41,004 nt of DNA from an uncultured delta proteobacterium (GTDB lineage: Bacteria > Desulfobacterota > Binatia > Bin18), in NCBI GenBank assembly GCA_963733195.1, contig CAVTCR010000039.1:1-41004 (forward strand), given 5' to 3'. Shown here in pieces: positions 1-9,731 of this stretch; the stretch's first letter is position 1; each line of letters begins with the position of its first letter. The translations under genes were made by a program, and so were the position numbers. The notes beneath the pieces were generated by a model. That model ran no database searches. It was not told the DNA's origin and worked only from the letters and a program-made list of their open reading frames with translations.

Positions 1-105
1 TTCTTTTATTCTAGATGAGAAAGTAAGGGTGAGACGGATCAGGAAGGACGCCGCTCTAACCCTGAAGAGAGAAGTTTCGCTGTGCTCAACTTGACATGAG
101 CCAAC

Positions 106-133
106 CGTCATTCCTGCGGAAGCGAGAATCCAG
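106..133. repeat. REP-like short palindromic element
   Basis: CGTCATTCCTGCGGAAGCGAGAATCCAG resembles the widespread GTCATTCCCGCG-n-GCGGGAATCCAG intergenic palindrome family and lies just past a stop codon. Confidence 0.55.
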
Positions 134-152
134 GTTTCCGGTTGGAGGAGAT

Positions 153-579
153 TTAGGGATGAGTTCTTGTATGCCCAAAGTCGATTGGTTTGGGTTGAGG
201 TGATGGAGGCACTGGCCCCTGCTTTGGCCTGCCAGGGGCAGACGGATCGAGGTCTGGACGCCCACTCAGCGGAGGCCAATGTGCTGGCTGCAGCATAGGC
301 GGCGGCGCTAATGCCGGCTCCGCGGGTTGCGGCATTGGTAGCAGGAGGTGGTAGTCCCGGTTCAAGTTGGAGCAGATTGAGCTGACGGTGGAATCTAATG
401 AAGCCCGGCATGTTGGCGTATGGTTCTGGCTCGGGATCAGGTGGCTCGGGGATGTCCGACGGTGATGAAGAGCTACGGTCTTCTGGTCCAGCGGCGAGAG
501 CAATAGTGTGAAGGGGGAAACGGATGAAAGACCATTAGCCCTATGAACAAAGCGCGAAGCCTGCTGATTCTTTTTGCAT
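153..579 (-). CDS. Putative Pro-rich secreted hypothetical protein, probably frameshifted
   Basis: ORF 153-503 is Pro-rich. An ATG at 579 and a hydrophobic stretch (RLRALFIGLMVF) lie upstream in other frames. No family recognised. Confidence 0.3.
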
Positions 580-1199
580 TGAATTAGGTTCCTTTACCTC
601 CCAGAGTGACGGCTGTAGCAGTGTGGGCACTTATCGTGCAAGTTTGATGTGAAGTGTTGTTGGCACCCTGCATTTCACACATACTCAGGCTCAGTCTTCC
701 GTGGTACTACAATTGCTCTTAATTTCTAAGGACAGTTTAAATAAAGAGGGACTGCACATGACTATTACTCAAAAAATTGAGCAAAAATTACTTTGATCAT
801 ATCTTTCTGTGGCAAAAAGCGAGAAGTACGGCTCGCCACTGACACCGTGCACAAAGGCGGTCCGGTGCAATCACTTCTCGAAGAGTAGGATGTCCACCGC
901 ACGAGATTCTACCGGCAGAAAGCTTGAAACCGTAGTGACCCCCGTACACTCCATTACAACAACCGCTGACTCGGCAGCACCGGAGCGTGAGGGTAAGCAG
1001 TTACAGTTGATTCAGTTCGAGCCAAAGAGTAGAAATATCCCCGCATTCATGAGACGGCAAATCTTATCAGTGTACAAGATCCCACTGCCAAGTCTGCTCT
1101 GGTGGGAATACCTCTACAACAGTGACGAGAAATTTCACCTTAGATAAAATCTACTATCGAATGACAACACGAAAGGATAAACAAGAAAGGAGTACAACT

Positions 1200-1432
1200 A
1201 TGGCGCGTTGTGAGACCTGCGCAAACCAGTAGACAAAGCCTTTACTATCACGGTGGCTAAGCAGTCACATACACTTTGACAGTTTCGAGTGACCAATCCA
1301 TACCTTGGCCCCAAGGTGCGCCCATTGCGGTTGTAAAGTAATCGGTCACGGCGTGGAAGCGAACGGGACCTTCTATTGTTGCGCCCATTGCGCCACGCCA
1401 GTGGAGTCCACGAAATCCAAGACCGCGCCTGA
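1200..1432 (+). pseudogene. Small Cys/His-rich metal-binding protein (prokaryotic metallothionein-like), disrupted
   Basis: AGGAG RBS precedes ATG 1200. Pieced across frames: MARCETC..DKAF..HTFDSFE..IHTLAPRCAHCGCKVIGHGVEANGTFYCCAHCA..GVHEIQDRA*. Contains one TAG and at least two indels. Confidence 0.7.
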
Positions 1433-1476
1433 CACCGACTGATGCAAAACTAAAAATAAGAAGGAGGCAAGACAAA

Positions 1477-1808
1477 ATGGAACCAGCCAAAATTATACTG
1501 CCGAAGTCAAAAAGCAGATGGATCGTGGCGAGCCGCTCGTCTTCCTCGACGCGCGCAACCCCAAAGCGTGGGGAGCCTCTACCGTCAAGCTGCCGGGTGC
1601 GATCCGCGTACCGGCCGACGAAGTTGAGCGCCACCGCTCTGACATCCCCCAAGGTCGCCTGATCGTTCCTTATTGCACCTGACCGCACGAGGCTTCCAGC
1701 GCCCGGGTGGCGCAGGTACTGAGCGACCGCGGCTTTCAGAATGTCCACTCCCTCGCCGGCGGCTTCGACGCTTGGCAGCAGGCTGGCTATCCGGTGGAAC
1801 CGAAGTAA
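1477..1808 (+). CDS. Rhodanese-like domain protein, probable selenoprotein (YCT-U-PHE)
   Basis: After a frameshift near 1495 the frame reads EVKKQMDRGEPLVFLDARNPKAW..LPGAIRVP..IVPYCT[TGA 1680-1682]PHEASSARVAQVLSDRGFQNVHSLAGGFDAWQQAGYPVEPK*. Both rhodanese halves are in frame across the TGA. Confidence 0.85.
1696..1716 (+). promoter_or_regulatory. Putative bacterial SECIS hairpin
   Basis: CC-A-GCGCC-[CGGGT]-GGCGC-A-GG stem-loop. The apical loop starts about 21 nt after the in-frame TGA and has G at its second position. Confidence 0.65.
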
Positions 1809-1821
1809 GGAGGGAAAACGT

Positions 1822-2324
1822 ATGGCTACTGCAAAGTAACCCAAGCCGCGAAGAAGAACATCAAGGAGCGCAAGCCGCATGGCGGGGCATGTCACCGAGA
1901 GCCCACGCTAAAGCGCAGCCGGAAGGGCGGGACGGAAAAAACCGGGGGCGACCGGGGAAGGCGAATACTATCACGTGAGGTCAGGCCGAAGGAACAGTTC
2001 ATCACTTTCCGCACGCACGACGTGGGAGAGAAAGGCGGGATTGAACGGGTGGCGGGCAAACGCGGCAATGGGTCTTGGGACGATCAAAAGTGGCTGATTA
2101 GCAAGGAACACGCGCACATAGAGGGCGGCAAGCTCGTGCCCGACAGCGAAGATGCGCGCGAAGTGTTGGAGGCGTTAGGGTCGGAGCCGGAGCACCTGGA
2201 GGGCAACCGTTTCACAGCGAAGTCCAGGCCCAATATTCCCGAAGAGGAAAAGCCCACCCCCGCGCAACGACGGGCGCAACAGCGTAACATTAAAAAGGCG
2301 CAAGCCGCACGGCGGGAGGCCTGA
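1822..2324 (+). CDS. Conserved hypothetical protein, 5' part frameshifted
   Basis: AGGAGG RBS precedes ATG 1822. Pieced: MATAK..AAKKNIK..AQAAWRGMSPRAHAKAQPEGR..KKPGATGEGEYYHV.VRPKEQFITFRTHDVGEKGGIERVAGKR..RNIKKAQAARREA*. The NIKKAQAA motif occurs at both ends. Confidence 0.65.
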
Positions 2325-2398
2325 AGAGGAGCGGCCTGGGCGGAGTGAGAATATTGGCTCAATAGACCGACTTTACTGCTCTTGAGAATCCCTACCCC

Positions 2399-2830
2399 CT
2401 AACGGTTGGGTTTGCCCGGTTCAGAAACACCCTCTAACGTTTTGCCGGCTAATTTTTGATCCTGTGTTTCCACTGAGATATCCCCAAGCGAAACAATACC
2501 AACAAGTTGTTTGTCTCGGTTCAGCACAGGGACGCGACGAATCTGGCGCGTTTCCATCATCTGCGCTGCTATTTGTACCTCTTGGTCCATAAAACAATAC
2601 ACTACCTCGGATGTCATTGCCTCACACACTTTAGTTGTGTTGGGATCACAGCCCAGGGCTGTAGCGCGGATAGTAATGTCGCGATCGGTCAACATCCCAA
2701 CTAGGCGCTTACCGTCGCAAACGGGAAGAGGACCAATTTCAAGCTGGCTCATCTTCTCGGCCGCTTCTTTCAAGGTCGCGTCAGGGTGAATGACCTCTAC
2801 CTCAGGGGTCATAATTTCGTGGACTTGCAT
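2399..2830 (-). CDS. CBS domain pair protein
   Basis: Two CBS motifs (LVGMLTDRDI and LVGIVSLGDI); GGAGG RBS. Confidence 0.95.
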   Translation of the reverse strand: MQVHEIMTPEVEVIHPDATLKEAAEKMSQLEIGPLPVCDGKRLVGMLTDRDITIRATALGCDPNTTKVCEAMTSEVVYCFMDQEVQIAAQMMETRQIRRVPVLNRDKQLVGIVSLGDISVETQDQKLAGKTLEGVSEPGKPNR

Positions 2831-2909
2831 ACATCGCCTCCTTAGTCAGTAATAGGCAGGACGCAGCAATTTGACACCGATTTCTTCGTTCTGCTGTAGG
2901 ACGAACAGG

Positions 2910-2925
2910 AGCAACAACTATACCA
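2910..2925 (-). promoter_or_regulatory. Putative sigma-54 (-24/-12) promoter of the CBS gene
   Basis: Minus strand TGGTATAGTTGTTGCT fits TGG-N8-TTGC (GG-N10-GC spacing), about 80 bp upstream of the ATG. Confidence 0.5.
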
Positions 2926-3353
2926 GTGAGTCGTAGTCCCATTAACTACTACATAACGGGGCGTTCGCCCTATCCCCTATCAAAGATATGGGAGGTCATT
3001 CTGCCATGAGCCAGAGACGGTGACATCGTACCCCTTCGCTATTGCCCAAGAAACGATATTAACTTCATGTGACTTATCTGGTCATGATTATTTCTTGTGA
3101 GTACCGTGGAATCCTTGCTCTTCCGGAGCCATCCCCTTTGCGGCAAGTTCATGAAGAGCCGTGGCCGATTTCCCAAGGCCCTCGAGCCTCATGCCTTTGC
3201 TCCATAAGCAGTCCTGAAGAGCGGCTCTTGCGGTTTCCGCATGAAGGGGGTAGTTCTTCCCCAGAGGCGTTCGTAATGCTTGCATAAGCAAGAAACGGCG
3301 GTAGTGTGAAAGAGGGATGTCTCCCAAGAATGCCTATGAGAGGAGCTCAGGTC

Positions 3354-3668
3354 ATGCATTATGGCATACGCTTAATGGTTGTCGGGGTGCTCTGCGCCGC
3401 CCTCCTAGGTGGGTGTGAATCAGGGACCGGGAAGACGGTGGGGCAAACTGTTGATGACGCTACGATTACGACGTCAGTGAAGAGCAAATTAGCCACCGAG
3501 CAGGCCGGGACCTTAACCGCGGTTAATGTAGATACTAATCAAGGCGTCGTCAGTCTCAGCGGCACGGTCGAGAGCGAGGCTCTGAAGCAACGGGCGACGA
3601 CGCTGGCGCAGGAGACCCAAGGCGTGAGTCGGGTAGTCAACAACCTGCAGGTGCGCGCAGGCGGATAA
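3354..3668 (+). CDS. BON domain lipoprotein (OsmY-like)
   Basis: Lipobox-like LLGGC; VDDATITTSVKSKL..VDTNQGVVSLSGTV..GVSRVVNNLQV. AGGAG precedes ATG 3354. Confidence 0.92.
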   Translation: MHYGIRLMVVGVLCAALLGGCESGTGKTVGQTVDDATITTSVKSKLATEQAGTLTAVNVDTNQGVVSLSGTVESEALKQRATTLAQETQGVSRVVNNLQVRAGG

Positions 3669-3677
3669 TCGGCAGAC

Positions 3678-4030
3678 GGTAGTGTTCCAACTTGGTATCT
3701 GACCCTTTTCATACCGTACGGCCGAATTCAACGCGGTATTGACGGGTTGAAGCGCGAGGACTTTTTTTAACACCGCGCTCAAGGTCGTCGGACGAATCCG
3801 TAACACGCGGGTCACAGCGCGCATCCCCCTGCCAGGGAGAGCCCTCTCGACTCTTTGCCTTGGAATTTCGCGCGACCGGCCTCGATGCGGGTACTGGCGG
3901 AGAAAGAGCCGCCGCTCGAACCCGCCGTTTTGACACCGATAGCGTTGGGCACCGGTGGGCTGTTGGCCTGCTTTGAGCACCTCCGTGCTTTGACCGTAGA
4001 GAGCTTGGATGGGCACTCGCACTAAGCGAA
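3678..4030 (-). mobile_element. IS1-family element, internally deleted remnant
   Basis: Degenerate InsA (KAGQQPTGAQRYRCQN..RVLRIRPTTLSAVLKK) ends at an A-run slippage site and joins the InsB C-terminal tail (..VEFGRTV*). GGTAGTGT terminus at 3678. Confidence 0.75.
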
Positions 4031-4033
4031 GCG

Positions 4034-4590
4034 CTAACCGCGTGAAATTGTAGGAGAAGTCCCAGTCTCCGGTTCGTCGTACGATGGCATGGGGTGGTCA
4101 TCGACCAGCGAAAGGAAGGAGACTGCGATGGCCGAACCATGGCTCAGCCCAGGGGAGAAGCTACCAGAGTTCTTTTCGCGCGCCCAGCTGCAAGCGAGGG
4201 CCCGGCGCCCCAAGTTCGTGTAACGCGCGTCGAAGATTACCGGGCACCTGTTTCTGGCGCTGATCACGGGTGGGCGATGGGGTACGGCCACAACGCCCGT
4301 GCCACACCTGGCCGCCAAAGCGACGCCGCTCGACCTCCCGGTGGACATTACGCCGGAAGCACTGCAGCAGCGGATGACGGAACGGGCGGTGGCGGTTTTG
4401 CAGGAGTTGCTGCCGAGGGCGTTCACGAAGCTCCACACGGGCCACACGATCGGTGAGGAGGGGATTTTTGCGCCGTTCTCCCGCGTGCATATCGCCCACA
4501 GTCCCGGCTTTGGGCTGCCCGCGAGCCTGCAGAAGGAATTTCCGGGCGCCGGCGGCAGTGACAGCAAAGCGGGCGCCAAGATTCAAAAGG
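4034..4590 (+). mobile_element. IS4-family transposase N-terminal fragment
   Basis: FV*RASKITGHLFLAL..ITPEALQQRMTERAVA..RVHIAHSPGFGLP..FPGAGGS..AGAKIQ, truncated. The first DDE Asp is degenerate. Confidence 0.7.
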
Positions 4591-4727
4591 AGTTAGACTC
4601 AATCAAGATCGTCGTAAACGAGTGCCTATTTCTCTCAAAACGGCGATTATAACTATCCAAATCTACAGAGCTTTTTTTATACTTTGCACTTGAAAGCGCA
4701 ATTGTTGGGTTTGGGCCAACGACAAGG

Positions 4728-5030
4728 TTACAGCGTCGCTCCAGCGCGACCATAGACATAAGCAAAGCGCACGATGTCATCTTCGCCCAAGTACGTCCCG
4801 GTCTGTACTTCAATGACTTCCAGCGGCTCTGCACCCGGATTCGCCAAGCGGTGTCTCATATCCGCTGGAATGAACGTTGATTGGTCTTTCTAGAGACGGA
4901 ACGCAGCCTCACCATTGGTGACGTCGGCAACACCGTGAACGACAACCCAATGCTCACTGCGATAGTGGTGTAATTGGAGGCTTAAGGCTGCTCGGGGGTG
5001 CACGACGAGCCGTTTGACTTTACATAAACG
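4728..5030 (-). pseudogene. ManC-type C-terminal cupin (type II mannose-6-phosphate isomerase) fragment
   Basis: [68 protein letters not shown]; internal stop, N-terminus absent. Confidence 0.85.
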
Positions 5031-5092
5031 AGAACACCTAGTGACGTTGCTGTCGCATCTACTCTCTGTTGGGAGGACTTCTGACACAACCA

Positions 5093-5330
5093 GCGGGAGA
5101 GTTTAAACGATGGCATCTACGATGTTGCTGGTAATCTGCTCCGCAGCGACGGAGGCTCACACGCCCAGTACATCGGCGTCCAGGCGGAGGTCGTGCTCAC
5201 CTACGAGTACAACCGCACTCTCGATTTCCTGATTGCATACTCACAGTTCCACCCCGGGGCGTTCATCGCGGACGCCGGCCCGAGCAGAACAGTTCACTTC
5301 ACGAGCGCGGAGATGCGGTTCTGGTTCTAA
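5093..5330 (+). pseudogene. Outer-membrane beta-barrel C-terminal fragment (alginate export family-like)
   Basis: [65 protein letters not shown], with terminal Phe and no start. Confidence 0.65.
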
Positions 5331-5562
5331 GGTTGCGATAAGTGAATCATCAGGGACCCAACGGCAGCACCTTACTCCCTGTTGGAGTAAGTTCTGACAG
5401 AATCTCTCTTGAAGATGATCATGCCGCCGCTCTTCCCCTCACGATCAGATGAGCAGCATAGCGGAACACCCCTCAAGTGAGAAGTTGCGATAAATCAAGA
5501 AGGCGCGCCACCGTCGCAATAGTAAGCGGCGCGCCCTCCTTACTCTTGAGCGGATGCTTTCA

Positions 5563-6552
5563 CTACGGTGCTGCCCCAACCACAATCTGGCCGCGACATT
5601 CGCCGGCTGGATTGGCAGCGGTATGCACATTGAAATACAGATTGCCTTGACGCAGGGCCGTCACTTGATCCGCGGTAAGCGTTGTTAGCCGGTGTGGTGG
5701 GGCAGGTCGCCGGGGATGTGCCGCCAGTTCCGAGATTAAGAGGAACAATGATATTATTCGGGGCAGCTTCGCCCAGGAGGAGCTATGGTGAATATGCGCG
5801 GCGGCTGCCGGTCCGGTGAGGTTACTAAATGTTAAGTTACAGGTGATCGTATTATCCGCGTTCAGCGTTAAAGTCCCCGTCCCCGTGCACGTGTTGCTTG
5901 TTGGGGTGGGTACCTCTTGCGAGGCGTTCAGGTTACTCTTGAAGTTGGTCAGCGCCGGACCCCCAGAGGCCTCTGTGATGACCAACGCCTGCGCCTCGGT
6001 TTGATACTCCGCTCGTACATCTGTTGCTACGGGGGAGCCGCCGCTCGCGCTCACATTGACATTGCTAATGAGGATATCGTTTAGCGCCGAATCGACCGCG
6101 CAGGTAGCACTAGAAAGGTCAAAGGTCCCCACAAGAGGGACATTCCCCGGACGGACAACGACAACCGCGCGATCGATGACCAGGGTGGTTTCTCCCGTCG
6201 CGCTCACTTCGACTCCGACCGTGTGCGGTCCACCGATTAGGTCGCCAAAGTTCACCGTAGCCCCGAACCCCGTCTCTAGGGGTGCTCCGGTCACAGAGGT
6301 CTGCACATCCTGACGGGCACTACAACACTCGACCGTAAAACTCGACAGGGGAACACCGTCAAGCCGCAAGGTGACCGTCACCGGGTTGCCATTTTCCGCG
6401 AAAGCCCAACCGCGAACCAGCCCGATACCGGAGGCGGATTGCCCGGCGACTGGAGTTTCAAGGTTGGCACGGATTGCGGCGTACGCTGAGGTCAGGGAAA
6501 AAGCGAATAGAGCTGCCGACATCGGAACCCATAGATAACGTCGTTGAATCAT
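5563..6552 (-). CDS. Secreted CHRD domain protein with N-terminal beta-rich domain
   Basis: Signal peptide ending AYA; CHRD motifs LNASQEVP, AAHIH and GNLYFNVHTAANPAGECRGQI. A short segment near 5690-5790 appears shifted by compensating indels. Confidence 0.85.
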   Translation of the reverse strand: MIQRRYLWVPMSAALFAFSLTSAYAAIRANLETPVAGQSASGIGLVRGWAFAENGNPVTVTLRLDGVPLSSFTVECCSARQDVQTSVTGAPLETGFGATVNFGDLIGGPHTVGVEVSATGETTLVIDRAVVVVRPGNVPLVGTFDLSSATCAVDSALNDILISNVNVSASGGSPVATDVRAEYQTEAQALVITEASGGPALTNFKSNLNASQEVPTPTSNTCTGTGTLTLNADNTITCNLTFSNLTGPAAAAHIHHSSSWAKLPRIISLFLLISELAAHPRRPAPPHRLTTLTADQVTALRQGNLYFNVHTAANPAGECRGQIVVGAAP

Positions 6553-6666
6553 AACATCCTCCTCTTACCATACATAGCTATACGATTCTGTATTCTATGC
6601 AAGCATCTCCGGCAGCCAATACGCCGATCGGAGGGATTTTCCTAATACTCTAGGGATTGTGAAAGC

Positions 6667-7824
6667 TTACGGCGCACTCAGGTTTCTATACACTGCCAGT
6701 GTCTCACGCGCACAGCGCTCCCAGGAAAATTCCCGAGCGCGTTGGTAGCCTCGGGTACGTAACTCAGCGCGCAGATGGGCGTGATCAAGCAACCGCCTCA
6801 GCCCATGGGCAATGTCTTCCACCTCAGTCGGTGTCACCAAGATCGCGGCATCTCCTGCCACTTCAGGCAAGGAAGAGACATTGGAGGTTAGGACAGGTAC
6901 TCCGCACTGCATGGCTTCGAGCACAGGCAGACCAAAACCTTCGTAGAGAGAAGGATAAGCAAACACGGTAGCTAAGGAATACACGATCGGAAGGTCATCC
7001 TCCTCGACATACCCGATGAAGTGAACCCGGTCTTTCAGTCCGAGCTGAAGGACCGTTGGATGGATGTCGTCATTGAGCCAGCCGACCCCACCGGCGATCA
7101 CTAGATGGATGTCATCTCGGAGCGAACTTGGGAGTTGCGCATAGGCTTGGAGAAGTCGCCGCACATTTTTCCGGGGCTCCAGTGAGCCAACAAAGAGAAT
7201 GAAATGCTCTGGCAAACAGTAACGTTTCCTGACAAGCGAAATCCGCTCTGTGTCTTCTACGCGAATGTAGCGAGAATCGGCTGCAAGCTGGGTAACAATC
7301 ACTCGTTCTTCTGCCACCCCCATCCGCTCTACAAGCTCTTGTCGCGAATACTGAGAGATGGTAATCAGTGCATCTGCTCGCACAATTGCTTCACGCGTCC
7401 CTTCCAATGCAATGGTTACAGTACTCGGCAGATGAAACTGAGGATAGGCAAGAAAACTCATATCGTAGATCGTCATCACCAGTTGTTTACGACGGTCGCG
7501 GAACCGTGGAGCAGAATAGTTCGTGCTATGTACCACCTCGACCTGCCCTAGGAGCCATTCTCGTACGAACCCTGGGCTGTAACGATGTCGGAGTAGGCGC
7601 AGCAGAGAAGCCGGGATGGTCGGAAATGCGATCTTCATATTCGGTGTTTGAGGGAGCTGTGCCTGCCGATAATAGGGGTGGTACGTGTAGTAAAAGACTG
7701 GGTATAGACAGTATTCATTTTCTTGATCAATTTGGCTCAACGTCTGAACCAAATGATAACAATATCGTCCAATACCGGTTCGCTGTCCCACGACCAAGCT
7801 ACAGTCGATGCCGATTCTCATCAT
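6667..7824 (-). CDS. GT4 glycosyltransferase (MtfB/WbdB-like)
   Basis: TGIGRY, TIYD, FVGSLEPRKN and YPSLYEGFGLPVLEAM motifs. Confidence 0.95.
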   Translation of the reverse strand: MMRIGIDCSLVVGQRTGIGRYCYHLVQTLSQIDQENEYCLYPVFYYTYHPYYRQAQLPQTPNMKIAFPTIPASLLRLLRHRYSPGFVREWLLGQVEVVHSTNYSAPRFRDRRKQLVMTIYDMSFLAYPQFHLPSTVTIALEGTREAIVRADALITISQYSRQELVERMGVAEERVIVTQLAADSRYIRVEDTERISLVRKRYCLPEHFILFVGSLEPRKNVRRLLQAYAQLPSSLRDDIHLVIAGGVGWLNDDIHPTVLQLGLKDRVHFIGYVEEDDLPIVYSLATVFAYPSLYEGFGLPVLEAMQCGVPVLTSNVSSLPEVAGDAAILVTPTEVEDIAHGLRRLLDHAHLRAELRTRGYQRAREFSWERCARETLAVYRNLSAP

Positions 7825-7944
7825 GGATTCCTTTAACGATCTCTATCCCTCTCCACCCTTTTTCTACACTTTTAGGGAATAGCCTATAAAGAGAATTACT
7901 TGCGCAGAGAAAATTCGCTCTGTCTATACGGACAACTAAAAAAA

Positions 7945-8122
7945 CTGGGTTCGATGTAGTTCTTTAATGAGATCAAAGGGATCGGAAACTACACTTTGGA
8001 AAGTGTTCATTTTTCAGGCACTTTCGTGAAATTTGTTGTGCCACTTGTTCCAAACTACAGCGAGGAATTCCCCTTTGCCTTTAATTTCCAATGCTTACAG
8101 CGCTCTTATGTCGAACTCAGGT
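7945..8122. mobile_element. Putative ~180-bp MITE
   Basis: Imperfect terminal inverted repeats (CTGGGTTCGATGTA versus reverse complement CTGAGTTCGACATA), flanked on both sides by TAAAAAAA; non-coding. Confidence 0.5.
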
Positions 8123-8536
8123 TAAAAAAAGGGTAGTGTCGCAACTTTGTACTTGAGGGACATTCCGCTATGCTGCTCCACGAGTCATTTGGAGGAGAGG
8201 CAGTATAATCGACTCTAAAGGCCATAATAAAAGTCATGCACTGAGGGTTTACAGTGCTCATGCCTGATGGAGTCGGGTGGCTCGCTGCCCGTTGTGACAG
8301 AGGTCCCTGATGTTCCTGTTTTATGGTGGGTTAGGCTTTCTACAAAATCCCTATCGTTTTTACAGACCAGACAGGACTGCTGGCCTGCTTATCAAGATCA
8401 GACACCAAGGCGTAGGTCAACCCTCGATCTGACCATGTAATGGCGTCGCAGGCCCATCGGCTGTGTAGATCAAAAGTGACGATCTCGTTCGCTCTCATCT
8501 AAACTTAGCAACGGAACCCTGACGTGAACTTGTTTG

Positions 8537-9731
8537 TCAACATTTGCTGTTGTTGAGCACGTTAAGATACTGCTCCTCAATCACTGGCCACGTATACCTC
8601 TGTTGGACAAATTCTTTCCCTTGTAACCCTAACTGTCTTTTCACATCGTCAGTCATAGATTTGATAGCTGCGCAGAATTCTTCAAACCCGCTATACTAGA
8701 GTCCCCCCTGAGCCCTTTGGCACTGCCCTCAAGCACTTCGCACGATCTGTTTACTAACACAGGCTTGCCTTGGACCATGCTTCGAGCAACACTATAGAAA
8801 GACTCTCATATTGCGACGGAACAACAAGAAGATCGCATGCAGACAGCGCATCCCATTTGGTTTGTTCATCAACAAAACCGAAAGCAATTAGATCGGGATG
8901 CTCAGGTATTGCCATAGTCGTCTTACCAAGAAGAACCAATTTCCGCGGACAGGTTTCTTTCTCGCGCAACGAGATAAAATGGTGAAATAATGCTCACACC
9001 CTTTAGATGGGTCAATGCGCCCGATATAGAGAAGGAAAGGGTCAATCGATCTTGTACCTTTGCCGAAAGCGCTCGGCACTGTAATATTGTGGAGGGTCTA
9101 CCCCTATTCCTGTCATCGGTCCAACAAAGACGAAGGTAGGGAAACGCAGCCTCAGGAAATCTCTTTCTTCCGGCGTATTAAAGATAAAACCACAGGGCAG
9201 TGCGAAGAAAGCGATCCCACATACTGAAGTAGATCGGCCACTCATCATGAGCAAGAGGAACTAGATATGCTTTCTCTTGCACCAAAGGGAGGAGAAAATA
9301 TGTCGTAGCGTACAGGTAAGGAAGAAAGAAAAACACATCATAAGAGTCTTTGCTTTCTTGCACATACGTCGCAAGGTCTGAGGACCAGGGACCTTGGGCG
9401 TGCATCCAAATTTCCTGCTTCGCCAAGGGCGCCTGCTCCTTTGTGGGCAAGAAGTTCATCGGAGAGCTGGTTGAAGTGAGTAACGTTCCGCGGTTGTTCG
9501 ACCCGAAAGCGACGGACCGGAACCCCAGCGACCTGAGTCGCGCCCGGGGCATAGTAATCCTCCCAAGTCATATAGTCTAACGCGCAAGTCGTCAGCACTT
9601 CCGTCTGCCAGTAAGCAGACATGCGTTGGGCAATCTTTAGGCAGTACGCTTCCGCGCCGCCATTCACTTCCAACCCACAGCGCGGGACGATAAACGCCAC
9701 CCGAGTCAGCGGGCGCTCTTCCTTGAGTCAT
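8537..9731 (-). CDS. GT4 glycosyltransferase, several frameshifts
   Basis: Fragments in order: VAFIVPRCG.EVNGGAE, VLTTCALDY.TW, PYLYATTY, AHDEWPI, LLYIGRIDPSKG, PSQYESLSIVLLEAW. Confidence 0.8.

Noticed and set aside
809-1147. 112-aa ORF
   Set aside because: No RBS or recognisable motif; probably spurious intergenic sequence.
1257-1895. 212-aa minus-strand ORF
   Set aside because: Antisense shadow of the plus-strand Cys-rich and rhodanese genes.
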